DNA of 64,000 bases from Bacillota bacterium (GTDB lineage Bacteria; Bacillota; Clostridia; Monoglobales; Firm-18): the NCBI GenBank assembly GCA_023228885.1, contig JALOAJ010000014.1, positions 973 through 64,972 of the forward strand, in the 5' to 3' direction. The notes under the pieces are model-generated. The model saw nothing but the letters and a program-made list of their open reading frames with translations, was not told the origin of the DNA and made no database searches. Every line of letters starts with the position of its first letter. The first letter of the stretch is position 1. The position numbers and the translations under genes were made by a program. This document shows positions 1-9,250 of the stretch, piece after piece.

Positions 1-873
1 CTATCCGAGGGCGGTGAGCTGATGCTTACCGTCCTTTCTGCTTTTGCACAGGAACAAAGCTACAATGTCAGCGAGGACTGCAAGTGGCGAATCAAGCGAC
101 AGTTTGAAAAGGGCGAAATGCCCATGTGCCAACAAAGGCTGTATGGTTACAGACGAAAGCCTGACGGAGATTTTGAAATTGTTCCCGAGGAAGCTGAAGT
201 AATACGCAGTATTTTCACACGCTACCTTGAGGGTGCGGGAATTATGACATTATCGAGGGAAACAGGTCTTACACAAAACCGTGTTCGTTATATTTTATCC
301 AACGAGCGTATGGTTGGTGATTTACTCCTGCAAAAATCCTATGTGGATAACCATATCAACAAACAAAAAATAATTAACCGTGGTGAGAAAAAACAAATTT
401 ATGTGCATGATAACCATATCGGAATTGTCGACCGTGAGACATTTGAAGCAGTGCAAATCGAACTAAAAAACCGTGCCATAAAATTTAAAGCCACAAATGA
501 GCCGCAAAAATCATATATTTTTTCGAGTAAAATTTTATGCGGTATTTGCGATCACTATTTTAAAAGGCGAACGAATGCAAAGAACATAAGCTGGCAATGC
601 GGAAAGTATCTTGAAGATGGAAAAAAGCATTGCAGTGCAAAGCAAATTCCAGAAATAATTCTAAGTAACATTGTCGGCAATAGAGATTTTAAGAAGATTA
701 CAGCATATCCAAACAATCGCATCATAGTTGAATTTACTGATGGTGAAACGGTTGACACAACATGGAAAGACCGCTCCCGCAGCGAATCATGGACACCCGA
801 AATGAAAGAAAAAGCCAGGCAGAAGGCTTTGGAAAGGAGGAATGCGTCATGCCAACAGCAGCAAAAAAGCTAA
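1..873 (+). CDS. Large serine recombinase, C-terminal part (5' end lies outside the window)
   Basis: The frame is open from base 1 (LSEGGELMLTVLSAFAQEQS, end of the resolvase catalytic domain). It continues through a recombinase domain (YGYRR, IVPEEAEVIRSIF, helix-turn-helix-like LSRETGL) and a Cys-rich zinc-ribbon region (CGICDHYF...WQCGKY...HCS). It overlaps the next recombinase gene by 25 nt. Confidence 0.85.
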   Translation, partial: LSEGGELMLTVLSAFAQEQSYNVSEDCKWRIKRQFEKGEMPMCQQRLYGYRRKPDGDFEIVPEEAEVIRSIFTRYLEGAGIMTLSRETGLTQNRVRYILSNERMVGDLLLQKSYVDNHINKQKIINRGEKKQIYVHDNHIGIVDRETFEAVQIELKNRAIKFKATNEPQKSYIFSSKILCGICDHYFKRRTNAKNISWQCGKYLEDGKKHCSAKQIPEIILSNIVGNRDFKKITAYPNNRIIVEFTDGETVDTTWKDRSRSESWTPEMKEKARQKALERRNASCQQQQKS

Positions 874-2450
874 CCGTAATCCCTGCCAAGAAAAATATAT
901 TAACCGAAAACACTATCAATTCTTATCAACGCCTGCGTGTGGCGGCATATGCAAGGGTCAGTACCGACAGTGAGGAACAGCAAGGCTCGTATGAGGCACA
1001 GTGCAATTATTATGAAAACTATATCCGCCAAAACCCCGAATGGGAGTATGTGCGGGTATATGCAGACGAGGGTATAACAGGGACTTCGGCAAAAAAACGG
1101 GATGGGTTTAACGAGATGATAAACGACGCCATGGACGGCAAAATAGATTTTATCGTCACCAAGGCAATCAGCCGTTTTGCCCGCAACACACTTGATACCC
1201 TTACTTATGTCCGTCAGCTGAAGGATAAAGGGATAGGCGTGTACTTTGAAAATCAAAACATTAACACCCTTGATTCCAAAGGTGAGGTTCTGCTCACCAT
1301 CCTTGCCGCCCTGGCACAGGATGAAATCCGTTGTCTTTCGGAAAACGTGGCTTGGGGAAAGCGGAAACGCTATGCAGATGGCGAGGTTTTTATTCCTATT
1401 AGCCGTTTCTTGGGATTTGATAAAGACGGCGACGGAAACATTGTTATAAATGAAGATGAAGCCAAAACCGTAAGACTAATTTTCAAATTATTTATCGAGG
1501 GAAAAACAGAAGGCGCTATAAAACGTTATCTCGAAAATAAAGGCATTCTTGCACCCGGCGGTGGTCAGAAATGGTACACAAGAACCATTACATCTATGCT
1601 CCAAAACGAAAAATATCAAGGGGATGCACTTCTGCAAAAAGGGTATGTTGCAGATTTTCTCTCCAAAAAGGTTGTTAAAAACAATGGTGTCCTGCCTCAA
1701 TATTATGTTGAAAATTCTCATCCTGCCATTGTCAGCAGTGATGTTTTCAAACTGGCACAAGCGGAGTTTGCAAGGCGAAGGCAAGTTCGCACAAATAATC
1801 GTATATGCACTGACAGCCCTTTTGGAGGGCGAATTGTATGCAGTGAATGCAGCGGTTTTTTCGGACGGAAGGTTTGGCATTCGGGCAGCAAATACGAAAG
1901 GTATATATGGCGATGTAATGATAAATATAAATCCAAGGGCAACAAAAGCTGTGACTTACCGCACCTCAATGAAGAAGATATTAAATCAGCTTTTATCATT
2001 GCATTCAATCAAATTTTTGATTGTAAAGATGAAGTTGTAAATACTCTTGAGGCGGTTATAAATGAAACTTTATCAAAGAATAAAACCGAAACGGCGATTA
2101 AAAAGTTATATGACGAATTGGAAATTATCCACCTTAAAACAAAGGCACTCATTGACCGAAACTCCAAAACAGCAATGAATCAAGAAGAATATCGCTGCCA
2201 ATACGATGCTCTTTCAGAGAAATACAAGACAGCTATTGCCGAAATTGAAAGCTTAGAAAACAAGGAAAACGAAGTGGCTGCCCGAAAAATACGATGCGGG
2301 GAATTTATTAATGTTTTAAAGTCACAAGAGAATGCGCTTTCCGCATTTGATGAGCCGCTTTGGAACTTATTAATCGAATCGGTTATAATTCATAAAAAGA
2401 ACTTTAAGTTTATCTTTAGAACAGGGCAAACGGTAAATGTTGCGCTATAA
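849..2450 (+). CDS. Large serine recombinase, full length (533 aa)
   Basis: ATG at 849 is preceded by GGAGG at 836-840. The N-terminal resolvase domain is present (RVAAYARVSTDSEEQ with the catalytic Ser context, ISRFARNTLD). It is followed by a recombinase domain, a zinc ribbon (CSECSGFFGRK...WRCN...CD) and a C-terminal coiled coil. The ORF-track start at 762 is probably too far upstream. Confidence 0.9.
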   Translation: MPTAAKKLTVIPAKKNILTENTINSYQRLRVAAYARVSTDSEEQQGSYEAQCNYYENYIRQNPEWEYVRVYADEGITGTSAKKRDGFNEMINDAMDGKIDFIVTKAISRFARNTLDTLTYVRQLKDKGIGVYFENQNINTLDSKGEVLLTILAALAQDEIRCLSENVAWGKRKRYADGEVFIPISRFLGFDKDGDGNIVINEDEAKTVRLIFKLFIEGKTEGAIKRYLENKGILAPGGGQKWYTRTITSMLQNEKYQGDALLQKGYVADFLSKKVVKNNGVLPQYYVENSHPAIVSSDVFKLAQAEFARRRQVRTNNRICTDSPFGGRIVCSECSGFFGRKVWHSGSKYERYIWRCNDKYKSKGNKSCDLPHLNEEDIKSAFIIAFNQIFDCKDEVVNTLEAVINETLSKNKTETAIKKLYDELEIIHLKTKALIDRNSKTAMNQEEYRCQYDALSEKYKTAIAEIESLENKENEVAARKIRCGEFINVLKSQENALSAFDEPLWNLLIESVIIHKKNFKFIFRTGQTVNVAL

Positions 2451-2555
2451 CCGTTTTTCATAGGGGGGTCATGGGAATTTGTTTTGCCAAAAAGTGCATA
2501 CCCCCCTGCCCATAAGGCAAGAGGGAAATTGCAAAAAGCCACTTTACAAAAATAC

Positions 2556-2592
2556 CTAAAACGCAGAAAAGCCCACAAACAGTGGACTTTTC
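2556..2592 (-). terminator. Rho-independent terminator of ssrA
   Basis: Minus strand reads GAAAAGTCCAC-TGTTT-GTGGGCTTTTC followed by TGCGTTTT, about 27 nt downstream of the tmRNA CCA end. Confidence 0.6.
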
Positions 2593-2618
2593 GCTTGTAT
2601 CATTTTGTGATACTGATG

Positions 2619-2964
2619 TGGTGGAGGCGGGGGGAGTTGAACCCCCGTCCGAAAACACGCCGCAAAACCTTCTACGGACATATTTTGTGTTTAACATTCC
2701 CTCATTATAAAGCACACAAACAAGCTTTAAAATTTGGTAGCTTCATTTTTCATGGGCGCTGCAAAGCTTAGGCGCCTCACATTCACCACTAAGTGACGCT
2801 CTTATCCAAGCCGTGGTCCTCTCGGTAAGAACGGCTACCCTATATTAGGCAGCGTATGCTAAATTATCGTTAGCTTTTAATTTAAAGTTTGGAACTTTTA
2901 AAGCGATTTCCACCGCTATCCGCCGGTTTTGTTTAAATGCCCCCGTCGAAACCGTTTCGCCCCC
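2619..2964 (-). ncRNA. ssrA: tmRNA (SsrA), about 346 nt
   Basis: Minus strand starts GGGGGCGAAACGGTTTCGACGGGG and ends GGACGGGGGTTCAACTCCCCCCGCCTCCACCA, a tRNA-Ala-like acceptor and T-arm. An internal tag reading frame GCT AAC GAT AAT TTA GCA TAC GCT GCC TAA (2874-2845) encodes ANDNLAYAA. It sits directly downstream of smpB. Confidence 0.92.
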
Positions 2965-2967
2965 ATA

Positions 2968-3453
2968 TTAACGCAATTTGTCCTTTAATGTTCTTTCAAT
3001 TGCTATTTTGGCATCCCTCTTTGCACTATCTTCACGCTTATCGTAAAGCTTTTTACCCTTTGCAAGCGCTATCTCTATTTTAACCCTGTGCCCTTTGAAA
3101 TATACCCTAAGCGGTATGATGGAATATCCCTGCTGCATCGAAAGCCCAAAAAGTTTGTTTATCTCTTTTTTATGCAGTAGCAATCGGCGCTCTCTTAATG
3201 GGTCTTTATTATATATATTCCCCTTTTCATATGGGCTTATATGCATTCCTTTGACAAAAAGCTCGCCCTTATCAACCGCTGCATAACTGTCTTTTAAATT
3301 CACCTTGCCTTGGCGGATACTTTTAACCTCTGTGCCGAAAAGTTCAATTCCCGCCTCAAAAACTTCTTCAACAAAAAAATCATGCCTTGCTTTTTTGTTT
3401 TGAACGACCGTTTTTACGGTCCTTTTTGTATTTTCGCTTTGACGCTTTACCAT
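2968..3453 (-). CDS. smpB: SsrA-binding protein SmpB
   Basis: [29 protein letters not shown] and the rest of the sequence match the SmpB family pattern. It is 161 aa long and adjacent to ssrA. Confidence 0.95.
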   Translation of the reverse strand: MVKRQSENTKRTVKTVVQNKKARHDFFVEEVFEAGIELFGTEVKSIRQGKVNLKDSYAAVDKGELFVKGMHISPYEKGNIYNKDPLRERRLLLHKKEINKLFGLSMQQGYSIIPLRVYFKGHRVKIEIALAKGKKLYDKREDSAKRDAKIAIERTLKDKLR

Positions 3454-4939
3454 TTTTGCCCTTCACCTCTTTTTGTTCTTCTGTCGCAAGAACAAAATCT
3501 ATTTGCCGCAGCTCCTCTGACACTTTTGCAAGACAAACATCAAGCTGTTGCCCCATAGAGTATTTTTTGCCGGTACGCCTTCCGGTAAGGGATAGGGAAG
3601 CCTCATCATATTCATAGTAATCATCATCCAAATCGGACATTTTAATAAGCCCCTCAACGGTAGAAGGCAGTTGAACAAACAGACCAAAAGATGTTACAGA
3701 TGAAACAAAAGCTTTGAAATTTTGCCCTACCTTGTCTTTCATAAACTCACACATTTTATAGCCGACCCACTCGCGCTCCGCCTCAACTGCAGCTATTTCC
3801 GTTTCGGATGATTGCCTTGCAGCCTCCTCGGCAATGTTTTCAAAATGCGCAATCAGCTTTTTGTTGAATGTTCTGCGAATTGCGTGCCGTAAAATGCGGT
3901 GTACTATAAGGTCAGGATACCGCCTTATCGGCGCCGTAAAATGACAATAGGATGTTGCCGCAAGACCAAAATGCCCTAAGTTTTCCTCGCTATACCTTGC
4001 TTTCATAAGGGAACGCAACGCAACGGCGGTTATTATGGTTTGCTGCGGTGTCCCTTTAATTTTAAACAAAAGCCGCTGCATCTCTTTAGGGCTTACCTCT
4101 TTGCCGGTTTTAAATTTATAATTCATATTGCGCACCAAAACCGCAAATTGTTCAATTTTTTCGCTGTTTGGCTTTTCATGCACCCGATACACAAGGGGAA
4201 GCCCCAGCCCCCCTATATACTTGGCGACAGTTTCGTTTGCCGCAAGCATAAATTCTTCGATTATTTTGGTCGAAACCGAGTTTTCGTTAATTACAATATC
4301 TGTTGGAGCGCCTGACTCATCTACTATTACCTTGGGCTCGGGAAAGTCAAAGTCTATGCTGCCCCGTTCCATTCGTTTATCACGCAAAATCATGGCAAGT
4401 TCCCGCATAAGCTCAAAAACAGGAACAAAGCTATTATATTCATCGCGCGATGCCATATCGCCGTTTAATATTTCCGCAACCTTTGAATATGTCATCCTTG
4501 CGCTGCTTTTTATAAAAGACTCACAAAAGCTATAATTTACAACCTCGCCGCTGCCGCTTACCTCCATAAAGCATGATATTGTAAGCCTTAGCTTGTTCGG
4601 CATTAAGCTGCACAGCTTATTTGAAAGCTTTTCCGGCAGCATAGGAACAACATTATCAATCAAATACACGCTTGTTCCCCTGCTAAACGCCTCTTTGTCA
4701 AGCTCGCTGTTTTCTTCTACAAAATAGCTTACATCTGCGATATGAACGCCCAACATATAGTTTTTATTTTCCAGCATTTCAATGCTTATCGCATCATCAA
4801 AATCTTTTGCATCCTCGCCGTCAATCGTCACTACTACCTTATCTGTAAGGTCAGTTCTTCCTTTTAATTCTTTCTCGGCTATTTTATTAGGTATGCCGCC
4901 AACCTCATCTTTTACCGCAAGGGAAAACCCTCGCGGCAA
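3380..4939 (-). CDS. rnr: Ribonuclease R lacking the N-terminal HTH/cold-shock region (RNB + S1 + Lys-rich tail only); possible pseudogene
   Basis: RNB motif I ([18 protein letters not shown]) lies only about 40 aa from the ORF start, whereas it lies about 270 aa in for full-length RNase R. An S1 domain (GLFVQL...EGLIKMSDL) and a basic tail are present. The first start-like codon is TTG at 4939 with no Shine-Dalgarno sequence. The frame closes 19 codons upstream (stop at 4997-4999), and a secG terminator lies immediately upstream. Confidence 0.8.
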   Translation of the reverse strand: MPRGFSLAVKDEVGGIPNKIAEKELKGRTDLTDKVVVTIDGEDAKDFDDAISIEMLENKNYMLGVHIADVSYFVEENSELDKEAFSRGTSVYLIDNVVPMLPEKLSNKLCSLMPNKLRLTISCFMEVSGSGEVVNYSFCESFIKSSARMTYSKVAEILNGDMASRDEYNSFVPVFELMRELAMILRDKRMERGSIDFDFPEPKVIVDESGAPTDIVINENSVSTKIIEEFMLAANETVAKYIGGLGLPLVYRVHEKPNSEKIEQFAVLVRNMNYKFKTGKEVSPKEMQRLLFKIKGTPQQTIITAVALRSLMKARYSEENLGHFGLAATSYCHFTAPIRRYPDLIVHRILRHAIRRTFNKKLIAHFENIAEEAARQSSETEIAAVEAEREWVGYKMCEFMKDKVGQNFKAFVSSVTSFGLFVQLPSTVEGLIKMSDLDDDYYEYDEASLSLTGRRTGKKYSMGQQLDVCLAKVSEELRQIDFVLATEEQKEVKGKNGKASKRKYKKDRKNGRSKQKSKA

Positions 4940-5021
4940 ACCGTATTGCTTTAAAAATTCGTTAAAGTTCGTAAAATTCCGTCTCCCTTCAGGATGTTAA
5001 TGTGATTTAGTATCATAAAGT

Positions 5022-5047
5022 GAAAAAAGCCGCCATCATCCGGCGGC
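5022..5047 (-). terminator. Rho-independent terminator after secG
   Basis: Minus strand reads GCCGCC-GGATGAT-GGCGGC followed by TTTTTTCAC. Confidence 0.6.
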
Positions 5048-5054
5048 AAAGCGT

Positions 5055-5285
5055 TTAAATAAACACCAACACGATTGATGTGATAAGAAATATCACCGCA
5101 ACTGCTGTTGTCAGCTTGTTAAGCAATGAATCAAGCGTGCGGCCTTTATTCTTCCCGAAAAATGTTTCGGCGCCGCCTGCGATTGAGCCGGATAGCCCGT
5201 ATGATTTCCCCGATTGTAAAAGTACAATAGCTATTAAAACGATTGCAACAATAATATGCAGTACTGTAATAAGCGTGGTTGACAT
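5055..5285 (-). CDS. secG: Preprotein translocase subunit SecG
   Basis: 76 aa with two TM segments and the SecG-typical LLQSGKS..GLSGSIAGGAE..FG motif. Confidence 0.9.
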   Translation of the reverse strand: MSTTLITVLHIIVAIVLIAIVLLQSGKSYGLSGSIAGGAETFFGKNKGRTLDSLLNKLTTAVAVIFLITSIVLVFI

Positions 5286-5381
5286 ATATTTTCCCTCCTT
5301 AATGAAACAAAATCATTATAGCACAAGCATTAATAAAATGCAAGGGATTTTTAAGTTCCAAATGATATTTTGCATCCACCC

Positions 5382-5816
5382 CTAAATATCCTCCGTTATA
5401 TCCGAAGAAAATCGTTTGGCCGATGCGATTACCTGTTTCTTGAAACTTACCGCCCTACGCTTTAGCTGATAAAGTTCTTTTCTTTTAGCCGCTATTTCTG
5501 TTTCGATTCTTGTTTTTTCTTCTGCTGCAATTTCTTTGGCATCCTCTATGATTAGACGGGCATCGCGCTCTGCCTCGGAAACTTTTAAAACAGCTTCTTG
5601 CTTTTCTTTTTTCAGCTTTTCGATTTCGGCAAAAAGCTCATCTGTATATTGCTTTGATTTTGCCAGCTCCTTTTCAACCAATTCTGTCTTGCTTTGTGCG
5701 GTATTAAGCTTTGCGGTAAAATCATCTGTTATTTCGTCAAGATACTTAATAACATCTTGCTTTTTAAAACCAAACAATCGAACTTTAAACAATCTTTTAC
5801 CCATTTTTGTAACCAT
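5382..5816 (-). CDS. DivIVA-domain coiled-coil protein
   Basis: The N-terminal F..GFKKQDVIKYLDEI motif is typical of the DivIVA/GpsB N-domain. The rest is a long coiled coil. Confidence 0.65.
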   Translation of the reverse strand: MVTKMGKRLFKVRLFGFKKQDVIKYLDEITDDFTAKLNTAQSKTELVEKELAKSKQYTDELFAEIEKLKKEKQEAVLKVSEAERDARLIIEDAKEIAAEEKTRIETEIAAKRKELYQLKRRAVSFKKQVIASAKRFSSDITEDI

Positions 5817-6028
5817 CAGCCCTTCCGGCTTGCAATGCTATATAATTATAAATTAACATTGGCAGACCTTAAATGTGTTTTGCGTCAGTTGCTTTTTATG
5901 TTTTGGCGGCTTGTTTTAAACTTTTAAGTGTGCTATAATAAATGCAAGCAAATTTCGCCATAAACAACATTACGCCAACGGCGGCAAATACGAAGTTTAT
6001 GGTTTAATCATTTTAAAATGGTGATGTA

Positions 6029-7144
6029 ATGACTGCTTTTACTCAAACAATAAAAAAGTACGACATAACCCTAATTGCCACGGCGCTAATCGCATCTCTT
6101 TTGGGTATTGTGTTTATTTATAGTGCGACAAAAAGCTTTGAATCCAACTTTAAATTTATTTTTGTGCAAAGCGGCGCGCTAATTTTGGGTCTTGTTATAA
6201 TGTATGTTATAACAAAAATAGACTATGAGGATATTTCACACGCTTGGCCGTTGGCTGCCGCAGGCTCTGTGCTGTTACTAATTTTAGTTTTGCTTATAGG
6301 CACAGGCAGCGAAAGCACGGGAACACAAGGATGGATTCGTTTTTGGGGGATTGGTATACAGCCTGCCGAAATCACAAAAGTCTTTTTCATTATTACAATG
6401 TCAACACATCTTTCACGCATTGATAGCGATATAAATTATATTAAAAATATTTTTCTGCTGCTTTTACACCTGTGCGCGCCTGTGGTTTTAATTATGCTTC
6501 AACCCGACATGGGCACCGTTTTTGTATATATATTCATTTTCATACTGATGGTGTTTATTGCGGGGATTGATTGGCGATACCTTATGGTTTCAGGAGGCGC
6601 CCTGTCAATCGTATCGGTTTGCGCCTGGTTCTTTTTCCTTTCGCAGTATCAAAAAAACAGGTTCTTTGCATTTTTAAACCCCGAATCCGCCCCAACAACC
6701 TATGGTTATCATGTTATGCAGAGCAAAATCGCAATCGGCTCGGGGCAGCTGCTCGGCAAGGGATTTTTAAAAGGCATCCAAACACAGCTTGGAATTTTGC
6801 CGGAAAAACAAACGGATTTTATTTATGCCGTTATAGGTGAGGAAACAGGTTTAATTGGTTGCGCAATTATATTAACATTAATGATAACATTAATTGTAAG
6901 GTGCATTCTCATAGGTAAAAAGGCAAAAAACCCTTTAGGCACATATATATGCGTTGGAATTGCGGCTATGTGGCTTTTTCATGCCTTCGAAAATATAGGA
7001 ATGACAATCGGAATTACTCCCGTAACCGGAATTCCCCTGCCTTTTATAAGCTATGGCGGTTCTTCCCTCGTTACAAACTTTATGGCGCTTGGGCTTGTAC
7101 TAAATGTTAAAATGAGGGAAAAGACGCTAAGCTTTCAACAATAA
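6029..7144 (+). CDS. SEDS-family peptidoglycan glycosyltransferase (FtsW/RodA/SpoVE family)
   Basis: About 10 TM segments with conserved IQPAEITK, LQPDMGT, PEKQTDFIYAVIGEE.G and TGIPLPFISYGGSS motifs. Confidence 0.88.
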   Translation: MTAFTQTIKKYDITLIATALIASLLGIVFIYSATKSFESNFKFIFVQSGALILGLVIMYVITKIDYEDISHAWPLAAAGSVLLLILVLLIGTGSESTGTQGWIRFWGIGIQPAEITKVFFIITMSTHLSRIDSDINYIKNIFLLLLHLCAPVVLIMLQPDMGTVFVYIFIFILMVFIAGIDWRYLMVSGGALSIVSVCAWFFFLSQYQKNRFFAFLNPESAPTTYGYHVMQSKIAIGSGQLLGKGFLKGIQTQLGILPEKQTDFIYAVIGEETGLIGCAIILTLMITLIVRCILIGKKAKNPLGTYICVGIAAMWLFHAFENIGMTIGITPVTGIPLPFISYGGSSLVTNFMALGLVLNVKMREKTLSFQQ

Positions 7145-7237
7145 TTAGAGCCCGCAAAAGTTAGCCCTATAATATGGGCAATCAATAAGCAGGCGTAATA
7201 TAAGCCTTGACCGACACAAGCAATATACCTAATTGCA

Positions 7238-7666
7238 TTATATATTCGCTGAAGATGAGCGACGGTAGCTGCCCCTTCTTTTAGGGTCGCTATTGCGGCG
7301 CAACGACGATATTTTTTCGTCGCTGTCTTGCATAAACATCTTTATTTTATCTTCAAAAGACATTTCATTTTTAATCGGCTTTGCCGAAAAATCAACTTCT
7401 TCCGGCCTGCGCCCCGCCCTGCGTTTTTCCTCCTCTGCAACCTTTTTAATCGAAAGGCTTACCTTCCCTTTTTCGTCAACCGAAATAACCTTAACCCTGA
7501 CAACCTCATCGGGCTTGAGATGTTCGTTTATGTCTTTTACATAATCCAATGCAACTTCAGAAATGTGAACAAGCCCCGTCTTGCCGTTTTCGAGTTGAAC
7601 AAATGCCCCGAATTTAGTTATGCCGGTAACCTTTCCTTCAACAATACTGCCGATTTCTACTTCCAT
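7238..7666 (-). CDS. yabR: S1 RNA-binding domain protein (YabR-like)
   Basis: S1 domain (GSIVEGKVTGITKFGAFVQLENGKTGLVHISEV). Its position downstream of divIC matches B. subtilis synteny. Confidence 0.75.
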   Translation of the reverse strand: MEVEIGSIVEGKVTGITKFGAFVQLENGKTGLVHISEVALDYVKDINEHLKPDEVVRVKVISVDEKGKVSLSIKKVAEEEKRRAGRRPEEVDFSAKPIKNEMSFEDKIKMFMQDSDEKISSLRRNSDPKRRGSYRRSSSANI

Positions 7667-7752
7667 GCCTTTAAAATTTCCTCCTTAAAGCGTTTAAGTT
7701 ATTGTTTATAACATGCTAAGCGATTTCATAAAACTGCCTAACACCTTGCCTA

Positions 7753-8082
7753 TCATTTTTTAAGCGCTGCATCATAAAAAATTATTTCATCCGGGCGTGC
7801 AAACCCAAGCCGCTCTCGTGCCGCCTGTTCAAGATATTCTTTTGAGCTGGCTTTTTCCATCTTTTTATCAAGCTGTTGTTTTATTTGCTGTTGAGCAGCT
7901 ATTTGACTTTTTATTTGGTTTATTGTTTTCTTTTTGCCTTCAATTTCAACCTGCTGCGTAATAACCACCCATAACACATATATGAGTATAGCAAAAATAA
8001 CAACAAACCTCAACTTGTTGTTTTTAAGTTTCCGTTTTTTGTTTTCAGGGGGATATGCCTTACCCATTGGTATCCTCCGCAA
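7753..8082 (-). CDS. divIC: Septum formation initiator (DivIC/FtsB family)
   Basis: 109 aa with a single N-terminal TM segment followed by a coiled coil and a conserved C-terminal ARE.LG...P.E motif. It lies in the yabQ-divIC-yabR synteny. Confidence 0.7.
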   Translation of the reverse strand: MRRIPMGKAYPPENKKRKLKNNKLRFVVIFAILIYVLWVVITQQVEIEGKKKTINQIKSQIAAQQQIKQQLDKKMEKASSKEYLEQAARERLGFARPDEIIFYDAALKK

Positions 8083-8137
8083 ACGCTTCTTTTTTTATCA
8101 TTATACATCTTTATTCATTAAATGTAAATAGCTTTTT

Positions 8138-8626
8138 CTAAATTCTTTTGCGAAATTTGTTAAAACTCAATAAATCCTGAGAAATTTTGCGAATAATCTT
8201 GCTGCCTTTTCTTTTACCAATGGTAAAAACAATAAAAAGCGGTTTCCCGATAAGCTTAAAAACAAATATAACGGGCCACAGCGCCACTTTTAAAACCGCG
8301 GTAACAATCTTTATTATAAAACTTATAATAAAGATTGATATTTTGATTACCAGCGCGCTTATCAGCATAAAATAAAAAAAAGTTCCGGCAAGCAAAGCTA
8401 AAAATTCAAACAACCTTAACTCACCGCTGTTTAAACCCTGTATAAATATAAAAAATACGGCAACCGCGATTATCCAATACACAGCGTCCTGCACCATTGC
8501 GGCGGCAACGCTTGTGCGAATAAAGCGCCTGATTATCCTAAAAACATCAAATACAAAAGCTATCACAACGCCGCATACGCCGCATGCGGCAAATATAAAC
8601 AGTTGATTGCCAACCGAAATGTTCAA
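8138..8626 (-). CDS. yabQ: Spore cortex biosynthesis membrane protein YabQ-like
   Basis: Polytopic membrane protein immediately downstream of yabP. The call rests on synteny. Confidence 0.6.
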   Translation of the reverse strand: MNISVGNQLFIFAACGVCGVVIAFVFDVFRIIRRFIRTSVAAAMVQDAVYWIIAVAVFFIFIQGLNSGELRLFEFLALLAGTFFYFMLISALVIKISIFIISFIIKIVTAVLKVALWPVIFVFKLIGKPLFIVFTIGKRKGSKIIRKISQDLLSFNKFRKRI

Positions 8627-8634
8627 GCCATCAC

Positions 8635-8919
8635 CTACTTGAACATTTTAGACAAAAAGCCGCCCTTGTTTCTGCTTCCATAGTTGTCTTTGTATGTAAG
8701 AGCGTCTATTTCTCCCTCAATCACTATTTCACCCACATCAACATTCAACTTGTTAATACGAAAATTTTCCCCCGCCACAATAAGCATTCCAAGCTCTGTT
8801 ATTAATATAATGTTTTCATTATCAAAGCTGTCAACATCAATTACACCCGTTACCGTGAGTTTTATTCTGTCTTCGATAATAACATTGCCCCTTGCGGTAT
8901 CCTCCACAGTTATAACCAC
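8635..8919 (-). CDS. yabP: Sporulation protein YabP
   Basis: 94 aa with the YabP-like pattern (L.VTGV..V.SFD...I...T..G.L.V.G..L.I..L). Confidence 0.75.
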   Translation of the reverse strand: MVITVEDTARGNVIIEDRIKLTVTGVIDVDSFDNENIILITELGMLIVAGENFRINKLNVDVGEIVIEGEIDALTYKDNYGSRNKGGFLSKMFK

Positions 8920-9004
8920 CTTTCATTGCCGAGATTTTAAACCTTTGCACTTGATTACTCGTATAATAATATGAAGGATGGCGCAAAATTATTACCCAAA
9001 TATT

Positions 9005-9244
9005 CTATATTACCTTATATAACTCCGATGCCTGCTGTTTTGATACATGCTCTAAAACTTCTAAAATTTCTGCCCTAAAAAGCTTATCGCCAAAGCGTAT
9101 TTCTAAAATATCGCCTGCTTTGACCTCAGCGCCCGCTTTCGCCGTTTTGCCGTTTAGACTTACCCTTCCTGCATCACACGCCTCATTTGCTACCGTTCTT
9201 CGTTTAATTATTCTGGAAACCTTTAAGAATTTATCAAGCCTCAT
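9005..9244 (-). CDS. yabO: S4-domain RNA-binding protein YabO/RqcP
   Basis: MRLDKFLKVSRIIKRRT.A...C..G.V.LNG...K....VK.GD matches the S4 / Hsp15-like fold. It is 79 aa and lies upstream of yabP. Confidence 0.8.
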   Translation of the reverse strand: MRLDKFLKVSRIIKRRTVANEACDAGRVSLNGKTAKAGAEVKAGDILEIRFGDKLFRAEILEVLEHVSKQQASELYKVI

Positions 9245-9250
9245 ATATTT

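Noticed and set aside
900-2040. Multiple 60-160-aa ORFs overlapping the second recombinase gene on both strands
   Set aside because: They are fully nested in a well-supported 533-aa gene, and none has an RBS or a recognisable motif.
2484-2771. 95-aa plus-strand ORF, plus the minus-strand ORFs at 2390-2715
   Set aside because: They lie over the tmRNA gene and its terminator. Their sequences are low in complexity and have no RBS, so they are artefacts of translating a structured RNA gene.
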